Part shown: positions 1 to 12,296 of the stretch, in pieces
Layout: each line of letters opens with the position of its first letter
Numbering within the stretch: position 1 is the first letter of the stretch
Origin: Eukaryota sp. GEM-RC1
Taxonomy: Eukaryota
Direction: 5' to 3'
DNA length: 64,000 bases
NCBI GenBank assembly: GCA_040285855.1
Contig: JAUFOQ010000010.1
Span: 496,001-560,000 of the forward strand
Made by a program: the position numbers and the translations under genes
Notes under the pieces: generated by a model
Databases searched by the model: none
Told to the model about the DNA's origin: nothing
Seen by the model: only the letters and a program-made list of their open reading frames with translations

Positions 1-118
1 TGACTGATCATAAACCCCGTTTTTTTGTAGTGATATTGTTCAAAACAAAATCCATTAAATATATATAAATATAGAATTTATTAACACGAGAAATATCAAT
101 ACAAGTTTTCACAAAAAT

Positions 119-1444
119 TTAAATTACATTCAAATCATTTCTTGGCTTTGGTGCTTGAATAGCAGGTACAGTCAACTTATTGATTTGTTTGGTTGACGTT
201 TCCAAGGACTTTGCAACTGCTGCAATCACAAAGAAATCAGCCATTGAGTTCAAGGCACTTCTCATAGCGTCCATAAAGAACTCCAAAGTGTACATTGTTA
301 GGAATCCAGGAGCACACTCAGGAGACATCACACTAATTAAGGAGAAAGTCAAGCCAAAACTAGCGGTGGCTCCAGACAAACCAATAAACAAGAGGTTTCC
401 AAATAATAATAAATAAACAATATTACCAAATGAGGGACCATCCCCAAAGAGTTTGAGAGAAATTAAAGAAAACAAAACACCGTAGAAAACACTTCCAGGA
501 ACGTTTAGCACGGCTGAGACTGGCACCAACAACTCACGCACGTGACGGTCAATGTTCATTTCCTTTTCCATTGTTGATAACGTGATAGGGACAGTCGTGA
601 TGCTAGATCTAGTAGCAAAAGCAAAGATTGGTGAGTTCTGAATCTTAAACAAGAACTTGAAAGGATTGTCCTTAGTTAGAATCCAATAGAATGCTGGGTA
701 GATAACTACAGCTAAGAGAACCCATCCTACAATGAAGGAGTAAGTCAAAGGGCCCCAGGAAAGCTCGTGACCAGCAAAGGCAGTGAAGACGAGGGAGAAG
801 ACGACGATGGAAGGAATTAGAAGGGAGACGTCAAAGACAAATGAGTTGAAGAAGACTGTGGTTCTGGCAAGGATACTCTCAGTACCAGTGTAGGAGAGGC
901 GGTGGATGGTAACTCCAAAGAGAATGGAGAAGAAGATGATGGAAGCGAAGTTGTGGTTGACGAGGGTTGAGAGGAAGGAGGGACGGACGAAGTTACGAAC
1001 AACAGCAGTGAGAGCATCAATGTAACCAGTGAAAAGTGGAGCGGGGGCAAAGTCAGGAGAGGGGAAGGAGGGATTCTCGTAGAAGGAAGAGAAGATGAAG
1101 TAGACGATAACAGCTAGGACCGCAGAGATAGTGTGTCCGATGTAGACGTACAGTAGATAACGGAAAGTAAAGTTGAGGTTCTTTCCCGTCCTACATACAT
1201 CAATAACGTTTAAGGCAATTAAGGCCAAGATGTAGAAAACAATGATACTGGTGATGATATTGGACCACACAACACCAGGAAGCTCAACAAGGTGTAAGAA
1301 GTCGGGAGAGAGCTCCCACTTTGTCAAGACCCATGAAGTGACAGCACCAAGAAGGATTGCAACAGCTAGAATAACAACTGATCTGATGGCTGCATCCTGG
1401 TCGCGGAAGGGAAAGACCTTTTCTGCAGTTCGTGTCAAGGACAT
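119..1444 (-). CDS. Dicarboxylate/amino acid:cation symporter (DAACS/SDF, GltP/GltPh-like)
   Basis: 441-aa multi-TM ORF with ATG start. Shows the HP1 motif FAFATRSSITTVP, a TM7-like LNVPGS and TM8 MDAMRSALNSMAD (D-x2-R-[TS]-x2-N-x3-D). Confidence 0.85.
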   Translation of the reverse strand: MSLTRTAEKVFPFRDQDAAIRSVVILAVAILLGAVTSWVLTKWELSPDFLHLVELPGVVWSNIITSIIVFYILALIALNVIDVCRTGKNLNFTFRYLLYVYIGHTISAVLAVIVYFIFSSFYENPSFPSPDFAPAPLFTGYIDALTAVVRNFVRPSFLSTLVNHNFASIIFFSILFGVTIHRLSYTGTESILARTTVFFNSFVFDVSLLIPSIVVFSLVFTAFAGHELSWGPLTYSFIVGWVLLAVVIYPAFYWILTKDNPFKFLFKIQNSPIFAFATRSSITTVPITLSTMEKEMNIDRHVRELLVPVSAVLNVPGSVFYGVLFSLISLKLFGDGPSFGNIVYLLLFGNLLFIGLSGATASFGLTFSLISVMSPECAPGFLTMYTLEFFMDAMRSALNSMADFFVIAAVAKSLETSTKQINKLTVPAIQAPKPRNDLNVI

Positions 1445-1589
1445 TGGGATTTTTTTGGTATATTCTATTTGGATGTTGCTGTTGTGGACTTTCTTTTGTT
1501 CTTAAAGTCAAGCAACTTATGCCTGTCTATTGTCATTATATGTTGTCCTTTAGTTGTGTCACTTCTTATACAAGATGTGTACTACAAGA

Positions 1590-2390
1590 CAGGGCTGTCT
1601 AAAAATTGAACCGTAAATTAATTTTGCGATGAGACTAAACCATAAATTAATTTCCGTAACCAATCCAACCCGTAAATTAATTTCCGTAACAATTTAAAAC
1701 CGTAAATTAATTTCCGTAATAAGATTTAGCCGTAAATTAATTTCCGTAACAATTCAAAACCGTAAATTATTTTCCGTAATAAGATTTAGCCGTAAATTAA
1801 TTTCCGTAACAATTCAAAACCGTAAATTAATTTCCGTAACAATTCAAAACCGTAAATTAATTTCCGCAATTTATCAGAAAGCCATAAATGACGTCCTGGA
1901 GGCACATGAATACTGTAATTTAGACAGGGTCACATATCTTGCATGTGTAGAAGAGAGATCCCTCACGTGTGTGATTTCCTGAAGGAATGATATCAGAACT
2001 ATCATGTTGGGTGAAGAAGTGAGCTATAGTAGCGTGGTGTATGGATACTCTAGTCATGAAGAAGGACTATACAAATTCGCAATTACTACCTGCTCTCATG
2101 GATTGGACAATTGTCTGTAAAACCAATAGATAACAACACCTTTATCTACATTTTTGAATAATTGAGATTGATTTTGATGTGTATTGGTTTTATTGGTAAT
2201 ACGTTCCGTAAATTAATTTCCGTAATGTTCAAGTTCCGTAAATTAATTTCCGTAATAATTTGAAACCGTAAATTAATTTCCGTAATGTTGGAGTTCCGTA
2301 AACTAATTTCCGTAATTCTCAATTTACGGTATTTTATGGAACCAAAATTAAAAATCAATTTACGGTGAAATTAATTTTTAGACAGCCCTG
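1590..2390. mobile_element. Non-autonomous hAT-like TIR element, family 1, long copy
   Basis: Perfect 18-bp TIR CAGGGCTGTCTAAAAATT. 8-bp TSD CTACAAGA at 1582-1589 and 2391-2398. 30-bp-period subterminal repeats with core CCGTAAATTAATTTCCGTAA. Confidence 0.93.
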
Positions 2391-3099
2391 CTACAAGATG
2401 TGTAAAATTTGAAATCTTCCAAATTACTTTTTATCCACAAAAATCAGCAACAGAACCTACCTAAAAGAGAAATTTTTCATAAACATACCAAAACACATAA
2501 CTACCCAAATTACATATATTTTCAATATTTTTCAAAAGTATATATAAGTAAGGATTTTATGTGCGGCATTTAATTTATACATTGTTTACGACAAAATACT
2601 CTAATGGTGATTCAAGAATTTCTAGCAATCAAATTAACAAAGCCAATTTCTACAATGTACAAACAAAGAACGAAGAATTACTGTACTGAGCGGCCATCTC
2701 AAATTTTCCAAATTTAGTTATAATTCAAATAGATTTTTCATCGTTCCGTTCGATGACTGAGTCAATTATCACAGGAACTGTGGTACTATTGACTGGGAAT
2801 TTTGTGTGTATAGTGTTTCATAGGGTCTATTATGATTTGTATTTTTGCGTCCTTAATCTACAAACTTTTATTTAAAATTTTTATTATTTTTTTCATTAGA
2901 TGAATTGCATAATAAATCTACATATGGAATTTTTAGCAGGCCCTCTAATAAGATAATAATTACATTAATAATAAAATAAAAGAGTGTAAATAATAATAAT
3001 AGTAAGATAACAACCGTAGGAAAGAGAGACGAGATATCCATTCTCTTACAGGTACGCTTATTCAGTTAAGAATCAATAATAATTTTGTTTTAATCTTAA

Positions 3100-3470
3100 G
3101 GATCATGAATGGCTTATAAATATGAGACTTAGGTAAGGTTTATGGCCTTCAGGTCTTTTAAAGCATTCTCCCTGTCTTTGTGGTCGTTCAAAGGCTTCAA
3201 ATTTTTATCATTGAGTTAACTGTCATCAATTTATTCATTTTAGATCAATTATTCACAACAGTATCCGGGATACATGTTTGGATATGTTTAAAGCTAATGG
3301 TTTTCATGGAAAAATTGAACATTTACTTGCTAATCTTTCTGATTAGCCAAATGTTGAAAGGAGTCGCGGTGATTTGATTGGTCCTTAGTTATCTTGTCAG
3401 GAAATTATCATGGATTTCACAACTGTTGATCCTTGTAATTCAAGATCAATTTCCAAAATTTTGATGATGA
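3100..3470 (+). mobile_element. Degenerate CRE/SLACS-like retrotransposon fragment (RLE region, family C)
   Basis: Manual translation through stops gives DHEWLINMRLR..LWP..CLCG..HNSIRD..KIEH..RGDL..MDFTTVD, collinear with the 56351-56815 ORF. Confidence 0.75.
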
Positions 3471-5222
3471 TTTTCCTGCTCGTGTATGAATTTAAAATAA
3501 TTGGAACAACAAATAACGATAATTAAAACAAAATATCACCCAAGTAAAAACAAAATATTGTATTAGTACAGTTTCTCTCAGTTACTATCGATGATTACAA
3601 AATCCGTTCGATTATCCCTTTCTTGTAGAAAGAGGATAGTTGGCTTTCTGCTTCGTACAATTGCTCTGACTGTGTCGCCACCACAAACCTGTGGATCTTC
3701 GTCATTAGTTCAATATTCAGCATCGTGGACGACCATGAGAATCGTTTATTGATCAAATGCCCGGATATAGTCGTTGGATTGGCTTATAACACAGGTAAAG
3801 GCTCGTCTGTGTCGGTTCGACATTTAAATGGCAAAGTTTGAGCAAAATTGACTTAACTTTGATTCTGGTATGAGCTTGAGTATTTTACACATCATGTTTC
3901 CAAGTCAATCAACAACCTTGAGCACTAAATTAACCGAAATGTTTCATAGATCGATGACGTATACTTTCCGAGAACATCTCTAAATATTATATATATTCTG
4001 TTTTATTTTCATGATCGTGAAAAAATGTCAACAATAAATAGAAATAGAAATAAATCTAGATAAATAGAAATTATATATATTTATGAGAAGCCCTGATTTT
4101 TAGTAGAAAATCATGATATTATTACATTACCGAGCTTTGATGTCTCTAATATGGAAACAGAAAGAAAATGAAAGAAAAGCGCTGCATTTTACAAAACATT
4201 ATTAGCTTTAAATCAATATAAAGAATTGAAAAAGACTGTTTGCATAATAGGAAAATTTTGTCATTACATGTGAAAATTTTGTCATAAATACATGATTTTA
4301 AATGTGAATGTAGGAAACGATATAACTTTAAATCACACACAAACAGAATTCCTAAGTAAAAAAACAAAAAATTCAATATTTTTTTTCTTAAAAAAACGGT
4401 TCAATAAAAAATTTGTCTAACATATGATCCCAGCAGGATAAAACCGGGATCCACAAAAGATCAAAGTTCCAGGAACGTAGAGTTAAAGCCAGCAGCAAGA
4501 GAAATGAAGATGACAGTAGTAACAAAAGACTGTGAATTAATACTGGCGGCTAGCAAAGCCCAAATCCCAATCGAAGCCTCAATCGGTGTAGATATTGGTG
4601 CTCAAAAGGACAGATTCGGAAGGGAAAAAGACAAACTTTTGAGTAGATTTGGTCATCGGATTTTTCCAAAAACATCCTGAACAAGTGAGTGAGAGACCTT
4701 GAGTCACAGTGGGAAGGAACAACTACGCAACAACTACTGTAAAAATAAACTACTGAATCACTGAAAGGAAATCACTGGAAGAAAAGGCTAAATCAACTCC
4801 TAGTAAAGTGCACGAGATGTAAGACGTTTTGGATAGAGATCTCAACTCCCACAATCAATATCTATTCCATTATGAAAGCAAAGGTCGAGGGGCAAAGTAG
4901 ACCATACATTCTCGAAAGGACGAAAACCCAACCACAAGAAATCGAGAGTGGAAAACATGCTTTGGAGAAGAAAAAGGCACAAACAGCAGCAAATCCAAAG
5001 AAACCAAGGTGAAGTATATGGTGACGACCAGGTCACAACAACGAAGATGTCCACAGAAGGATTCGTCAGAGAGTTCCCCAAAAGCTGATAAAAACAGAAA
5101 ACAACGAAAAGCGTAGATGAAAGCAGTCAAAAGACCAAGACATTCAGGGCATCATAGACAAATGCCACATGTCTGTAAGTACATGTAGATGAAGGCGTTT
5201 AAACATTGTTTTTGACTACTTA

Positions 5223-5399
5223 ATGTCTCAGTCTCCATTATACACACAAGTCAACAAAGCTGTTCATCTTTCCCCTTCAAATGATCTTGGTTCTCTTGAT
5301 AGAATTACAGCTCTAGAGAATGACATGACTTCTGTTAAGGCTGTTGTGGAACAGATGACGAATACTATGCATCAGATTCTGGATCGTTTGCCTCAGTAA
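5223..5399 (+). CDS. Small hypothetical coiled-coil peptide (58 aa), possibly part of the MULE remnant
   Basis: ATG to TAA ORF containing RITALENDMTSVKAVVEQMTNTMHQILDRL with a heptad pattern. It is shorter than any ORF listed in the track. Confidence 0.3.
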   Translation: MSQSPLYTQVNKAVHLSPSNDLGSLDRITALENDMTSVKAVVEQMTNTMHQILDRLPQ

Positions 5400-5599
5400 A
5401 CTACTGTGTTTTTTGGTCCTGTCAATTGCTCTCCAAATACCCCCTTATGTTGTGAAAACCTTGAATCAACACTCCTGACAAACTCTTGAAAGCTAAACCT
5501 CTGCAACAAAACCAGCTGCTACTAAGTATCTTGCATCTTTGCATCTCATCAAGAAAACCATCACGTGATCACGTGAAGATCTAAGGAGCTTCTTCCGAT

Positions 5600-6560
5600 T
5601 TTAAAACCAGTCTCTGGGACTAGGCAAGCGTACTGTCAAAAGGTTTTGGAAATTAGACAAGACTGTTCTTTTGGCTCGGAAGAAGAAAACTTCAAGCAAC
5701 TGTCTGTCTATCTCGAAAAAACACGTGTTGTTACGCTGAATCCAGGTTCTTATTTTAAAAATAAATAATCAATATAATGTTTTTTATAAATCAAAGAAAG
5801 TTTTTATAGATTTGAAAAGATCAATTGAAGGGTTTAAGTTTTGCAGACCACTAGTCAGGGCTGTCTAAAAATTGAACCGTAAATTAATTTTGCGATGAGA
5901 CTAAACCATAAATTAATTTCCGTAACCAATCCAACCCGTAAATTAATTTCCGTAACAAATTAAAACCGTAAATTAATTTCCGTAATAATATTTAGCCGTA
6001 AATTAATTTCCGTAACAATTCAAAACCGTAAATTACTTTCCGTAATAATCTGAAACCGTAAATTAATTTCCGTAGTGTTGGAGTTCCGTAAATTAATTTC
6101 CGTAATTCTCAATTTACGGTATTTTATGGAACCAAAATTAATAATTAATTTACGGGGAAATTAATTTTTAGGCAGCCCTGCCACTAGTACAGTGTGATGG
6201 TGTTAATCTTCGCACAAAGTATAAACAGATACTGTTAACCTCCACTGCTTTAGATGCACAAGGACAATTATTGAAGCAAATAGCGATGAAAGCGAATGAT
6301 CCGACAGTGACACTGACATAAATTCTTTTCACTAGAAAATGATGGAGCACTTGAGACCGTTTCAATGAGGGGACAATGTTAAGTATGTACAAGACAGTAG
6401 TTGTTAATGTAGTCTAGATTATAGACGTTATTTATCTTTTCAGAGAATTAAAGTGGCAGGGAGGAGTGTCAAAAACCCAGAAAAATGTTGAAGGGGCTCT
6501 TTAATACATTAGTCCTTCTGTGAAATACATGATTTATCCTATACATGCATTGCTAATGTA
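5600..6560 (+). mobile_element. MULE/Mutator transposase remnant, interrupted by the 5856-6180 MITE
   Basis: FGSEEENFKQLSVYLE..NPGSYF, and after removing the MITE plus one TSD, GFKFCRPLVQCDGVNLRTKYKQILLTSTALDAQGQL. This matches the MULE first catalytic-Asp region (CRP...DG..L..KY...LL.A..LD). Confidence 0.75.
5856..6180. mobile_element. hAT-like MITE, family 1, short copy (325 bp)
   Basis: Same TIR as 1590-2390 with one mismatch at the right end. 8-bp TSD CCACTAGT at 5848-5855 and 6181-6188. Consists almost entirely of the 30-bp repeats. Confidence 0.93.
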
Positions 6561-6759
6561 AGTACATATTCATTGATAGATTTTTTAAGCGAAGTAATTT
6601 GGCCTTCTAAATTACGATTATTATTAGCAGTCACTAGTTTAGCTTCTAATGATGTAATAGATTGTAAGTTCTCATTGATTACGTACAATTACTTCCTCGT
6701 TGTCTCAAATACTTTACATTAATTCATCGTTTTCCTGATAACGCAGGTATGTTGACAAA

Positions 6760-7308
6760 TGGATTTACTTTCCATTCATGATGGCTGATTACACTATAGA
6801 TGAAGTGGTAGTGGTGAAAATGTTGAAGGACATCAGTTAGCATCTATTTCATCAACAACCATGGAAATCGGATTGAATGGTATGAATAAAACATATAATG
6901 GTGCTTGTGTTGAGAATGGCTATTATTTAGCTGTTCGACTTGCACATTCTCGAAATTCCATGATTAGACTTTCAAAAATCGGAAACAATAATTGGAGAAG
7001 ATGATTTTCTTCCAACTGGTGATGCTCCAGTTTATTTGGGAAATGATTTGGTTGGAATATATTCAATTCATTTTGATAATTCTGATAACCCAAGATGGGT
7101 ACCATACAGACTTGAACTTACTGAAGATGCTGATGTTTGTATTATTGAAGAGTTTGGAAAAGGTTGTAAGTATGAAGAACTTGGAACGACAGAATTAAAT
7201 GATGGCAGGATTTTATATTATGTGTTCGATAGAGATGTGGCAGGTGATTTTTTAGACTTTGTTTCTATTAGAATCATTGAAGACTACTTTTCCTATCAAC
7301 CGTGTTGA
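6760..7308 (+). pseudogene. Fragmented ORF, possibly the C-terminus of a BNR/sialidase-like beta-propeller
   Basis: Contains RLSKIGNNNW (weak Asp-box-like) and TTELNDGRILYYVFDR, with a frameshift between the parts. Weak resemblance only. Confidence 0.25.
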
Positions 7309-7379
7309 ATTTTTTGGAGAGGTACGTCTAATTCTAGAACGACTTATATCTGTATATCATATCCTTCCTATTACCAATT

Positions 7380-8520
7380 TAATGAAGGACTTTGATATTT
7401 CTCTTCTTTAAATTGATGTCGACATTGGGGTGTTTTTGTTTTGTTTCCAAAAAATATATCGCCGTTATCTTCACTACAGTCTTTTCTCGAACGTTGTAAT
7501 ATCAAGCAACTTTCGGTTACAAAACTTTGTTTTCCCAAAAATGCAATAACTGTTTGTGTGATTTACTGGGTAAATCTAATTCATTAACATCTGTTGACCT
7601 TAGTGGCTATTTATTGTCTCATTTTAAATTTTTTTCATCGTATACTACTGAAAAAAGTCGTCAATTCAAGCATTATATTTTCAAACATTTGAACATACTG
7701 ACTTTCATTAGTCTCGAAAGTGTTTTAATTACGAGTATCTTTGATCAGTTTAAGGGACACACAACCCTTCAAAGAATGAAAGTTTCCGATCACGTGATTG
7801 ACTTTGATTCTAAGTTGATTGAATACGACAAAAGGGCAACCAATGATGTTTTACTTTCTCTTTTAAAAGCTCTGAAATCAAATCTTCCTATTAAACGTGT
7901 TGATTGCCTTAGATTGAGAAGTCTAAGTCTAACGGGACTTGCTACTTTATTTGAAATTGGTTCTATCAAACAGTCAGTGATGGGTCTTGAAATTTCTCCT
8001 CATTGTGTAGACGTTGAAAATGGTGTGTTCTGTTTTTCACCAAAAAGTCCACTAATCTCACTATTGAAGAAGTTTCGTCATTGCAGTCAGTTTTAAACAA
8101 TTCCTGTGCTAAAAAGCTTACTTTAAAAAAAATGTCGTTTTACTAACGATACAATCACTATTTTATCTGATTCAATCAAAATCAATCATTCACTGACTTC
8201 TCTTGACCTCAGTCACTGTAGACTTTCTGATGACAATTGTAAACCAATAGTAGGTGGACTTCAGCTTAATTCATCCTCAACGCTTGTCAAACTTAGTTTA
8301 GCCTCTAATTCTATTGGAAACGAAGGAGTGTCAGCATTGGCTGATTCCTTGCAAAGGTAATACGTCTATATCCGAACATTTTTAGGTGGGAATTGTAATG
8401 GTATTGAAGGTGCTTTTGCATTGGCTGAAATGTTGAAGGAGAACTCTACAATTACAACGATTACCTTAGGATCAAACTCTATTAGTAAGGTAGGAGTTGA
8501 ATCATTAACTGAGACGCCAA
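7380..8520 (+). pseudogene. Truncated super-repeat LRR family gene
   Basis: LLKALKSNLPIKRVDC and ISPHCVDVENGVFCFSP motifs are shared with 30149-33710, followed by RI-like repeats (NSIGNEGVSALAD). Several frameshifts and no 5' end. Confidence 0.8.
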
Positions 8521-9481
8521 TTCACCACTAGCAAAAATGGAAATAGCAAATGGATAATGTATTTCTTCACAAATCTTCAGATCTGTACGACTCTACGCGG
8601 GACCGATCTTATCATTGTCTCTTCATCTTTCAAGATCATCTTATGACCTTACAGCACTATTCTGAACAACAACTGATTTTCTTCGTTCCATCTTTTTCAC
8701 TTCCTATTTCTCCCTCCTTGCTTTGGGATTAATCTTGGCCTCATGCTGTCCTCGCGTCTCCATTGAGTGTTATCTGCCCTTATTCTCTCTTCTTTGATTA
8801 TTTTTCTGTACAAGCATCGGTCATATCATGTGTTCATTTTATCCATACTGACACATTATTGTACTCTCCTCCCAAACTTATATCTTAATGCTCTCTTTCT
8901 ACAGTTCATCAGATACGTCATCATGTTTTTATGATCGTTTTTGTCTGATCCATTCTAAAATGTCTTTTTTATTATTGTTCACTCAAAAACAACTTCATTG
9001 ATCTACCAGTCTTCATTTAAACTGACACACTACCTAGCTCCCCACTGGTTCTCACCACCAAGAGTTATTCAAATCTATGTCTCTTTTTGCTTAATTTCAC
9101 AGGGTACATGGTGAATACAAACCGACTAAATAACGCCTGATCAGCACATTTGTATCATATATAATATGTTCAATGATTCAGTTGATATACAGTTGCTTTC
9201 ATTTGAATACCGACACACAGATTATAAATGATACAAGATTGATATTAATTCAATGATGACGTCATCATCATTCCAAGATGTACGACTTTCAGGTTAATGC
9301 GTGTGGTATTTAAATTTATGTGTTCAAAGTGTTAGATTTTATTATGTGAATAGATTGTGTCGTTGAACTCAAGATTCATATTCTTCAAAGTTAATTCCAC
9401 TTTTTAAAAATTCAGTTTTATTTGATGGGCGAAGAACTTTCATTCACATGACTGGAACTGAATAAGAGAATTATTATTATT

Positions 9482-11140
9482 TGTAGGGAGATAACGACTA
9501 AAGTGAAAAGTACAATTCTACGATAAGAGCTGCTTTCATTGTTCTTTCTTTTCAAGGTTTCTCATAACCTTTCAGAAGGGTAACTGCCAAGAATTGAAAG
9601 TAAGTTTATTTATACGGGAGCTATTTGAGAGAAGACTTACACTGGGCATATGCCCAAGTTTTCTGCATGGTGGAGAAGTGAAACCCACGGAAGAAAGGAA
9701 GTGGAACCATTAATCACTCGGACATGGGTACCATTGAGTTTCGTCTCTTCAACATCAAGGGCAGCTACAGCTTTCAAATACTCCCTGTTAGAGGAACTAG
9801 AATGGAAAAGCTTTAAAAGACGAGAAGAGCAGGAGGTGGTTGTACCTGATATAAGATTCAGGATCTCAACCTTAGTTGAGTTTGAGAAGGTTTTAGCGAC
9901 TTCAAAGGGCCTCGCCAACGTCCATGTAGACGTCTAGGGTTTTCCACAATTCGGAGAACAAGATCACCTTCCTTGAACTCTGGAGGGTCAGGTACACGAG
10001 AAGTAAGCAAATCGATGTAGGCTTGTTCATTCTTCTCTGCTTCTTCCCACTTAGCCAGCAGGCTATGGGTCTTGGCAGCAAGCCCATCGATGAGAGTTAA
10101 CGTGGTAGTTGAGGCTTTGTGAGCTTTAAGGGATTCGAGCAAGGTTAAGGGTGGCTTTCTTGGGTCGATATTGGTACCAAACATTAGTTGCCAAGGAGCA
10201 AACTTCGTAATTGAATGATGTTGGCTATTTACTAAGAGCTGAACTAAAGGAATTTGAGCGGACCAATTGTTGTGGTTGTTAGTGTCGAAAAGATTGCGAA
10301 TCAAATGCTTATTGATCTCACGGTTTCGTCTTTCGACAAGACAATTGATGGCGTTTGCCATCAGGATAAAGGATGAGCACGATAGAAGATGCGAAAGGAT
10401 TCCCTCGGGGTGAGGTTGGCCAAAAATACAAGAGTATGAGTTCATAAGAGCCTTTAGTTGATCAGCGAGGTCAGTTGGTAGTTCTATGTGGCAAAGAGAC
10501 AGTTCTTCACTGGAAAGTGAGTTGATGACAAGGTTAGGGTTTGAAGGGGATCGGTTTCGTTGAAAATCTTTTTCGGTGAGGGAGGACGGATGGGTGATAA
10601 GGTGATCGAGGCTAGAGTAGCAGGAGGTGGTTGTACCAGATATAAGGTTGAGGATCTAAACCTAGTGGAATTTGGGAAGGTCAATTGGGCAATTCGAAAG
10701 GGGTCTCGTCAACGTCCGTGTAGACGTCCAAAATTTTCAGCAATTACCAAAGAACTTGAACTCAGGAGGGTCAGATACACGAGAGGAAACCGAAGCGATG
10801 TGCTCTGTTCTCTAAGTTTGAGTTGCCAAAAGGCTTTCGGTGAATCCAGCGTTACAATGAATTTAGTTTTCGAGAGAACCATGGATGCATCAGTGGTCCT
10901 TGGCAAGGTCGCTTGTAGCGGCTTCGTTAAAGAGTTTCACCTGGTAAACCGGAGTAGTCACTTGTAAGTCTAGGACGATTACCATCAGGATATACAATGA
11001 GAACGATTGGCGAAGTGAATGGACACACATCAGGAGCTTCTGTTGCAAAGCCATCCTTTACGAGTTCGTCGAATCGGTCAGATCCACTGGTAATGAATTG
11101 TTGAGTTAGGTACAATATGTCATGGTATCTGTGTGTCTAG
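9482..11140 (-). mobile_element. Ty3/gypsy-type LTR retrotransposon remnant (partial RT, integrase, probable 3' LTR)
   Basis: RT pieces PFTSPIVLIVYPDGNRPRLTSDY and TLDSPKAFWQLKL. Integrase end NWSAQIPLVQLLVNSQHHSITKFAPWQLMFG and FKEGDLVL..WRGP. 9482-9641 has TGTA...TACA ends with TATAAA/AATAAA on the minus strand. Confidence 0.8.
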
Positions 11141-11389
11141 TAAGTGAGATGGTTTGTGAGACTAAAACAAAGATTAAATGTACAAGACAAAATACAGTAA
11201 AACTGAAGGTGTTAACACAGGTGTATTAACGGCGTTCTTTAATATCAATCAGAATGTCGTGAGCTTGAAGTCTAAGAATTTTGATTTTTTATATCACCGC
11301 CATGAAGTCTTCTGTTGTTGTAGTTCCAGCGACCAAAATCTTTAGTTTCATTATGTTGACTTCATGAGATCTCTGTGTGTAATTTGGAG

Positions 11390-12050
11390 GTGCGTGACAA
11401 ACATACAATGTTTACAGAAAAAACCGAATAATTCCAACATTTCATACTTCAACAACAATTAAGCTTTTGATTTTTAGTGTCGAAAGCCATTTGTAACCAA
11501 ATGGCGAACACAATCTCCATGTGGTTGGTTGTTGCCCAAGATCTCATTGATACTGTTAACAGCTCCCTTTGACGGTCTGACAAGAATGAAACTTCATTTA
11601 GTAACACTTCAACACATTTCTTACACTTGCTTAAATTTTCGTCGATCTTTTTGGTGAAATTGGATAGACAATCAACAGTGAACAAATGTGTTGTTATTGG
11701 TTCGAATTTTGTGTATGAAACTATTTTGTACGATGGAATTGCTATTACAAAATGTATGATCAACTCTTTCAGTTAGTGTCTGTTAGTAATTATATTTGAT
11801 TGTAATATTTATTAAAACATTATTTTACTGATGTATCATAAACCTCGTATTTTTTAAGAATATTGTGGACTTTTTTTTGAAATGATTATGGAGGAAATGT
11901 AGACTGAGTCTGAAGCATCTGCTGACTACATCCATAACAACAGCTGAACCACACATTTGAGTTGAACGTCTGTTTCTGGGGAGATGTGCTTGCAGGGAAA
12001 CCGCTTCAGGAAACTGCTGAGTGACACTGTTCTTCTCCTTAATACACAAG
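11390..12050 (-). mobile_element. Probable MULE transposase C-terminal remnant with SWIM-like zinc finger
   Basis: CC-(frameshift)-KYEMLELFGFFCKHCM resembles the SWIM CxC...GxxCxH pattern, with FPEA upstream. Confidence 0.4.
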
Positions 12051-12296
12051 AGAAGGGTAAAAAAGTATGGGCAAAATACTATAGAAATTGGATATGGCAA
12101 TCTTTAAAAATGAGTGTTGGATAATTATCGTTTTTAGTATCAGTTTCTACGTTTTCCTTCCTCTATAAACATGGACACTACAAGTCGTTTTATACCAAGA
12201 CCTCTAGAATGGTATCTAAGTGACGCAGCTGTAAATTGCAAATATCAATACGCCGTCACAGTCCAGATTTGCTCAAGTAAATACCAAAAATAAGTA

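Noticed and set aside
1610..1870. CRISPR-like regularly spaced repeats (also 2200-2330 and 5876-6120)
   Set aside because: The variable parts are only ~9-10 bp and recur, no cas genes are present, and the arrays lie inside TIR elements with 8-bp TSDs.
2146..2358. 70-aa repetitive ORF (ITEINLRN)
   Set aside because: It is a translation of the stop-free strand of the MITE 30-bp repeats.
4430..5150. VDIGAQ as a retroviral protease motif (+) or LRLRLG as a CRE-like relic (-)
   Set aside because: Each is a single short motif without supporting context. Probably decayed mobile DNA, but not assignable.
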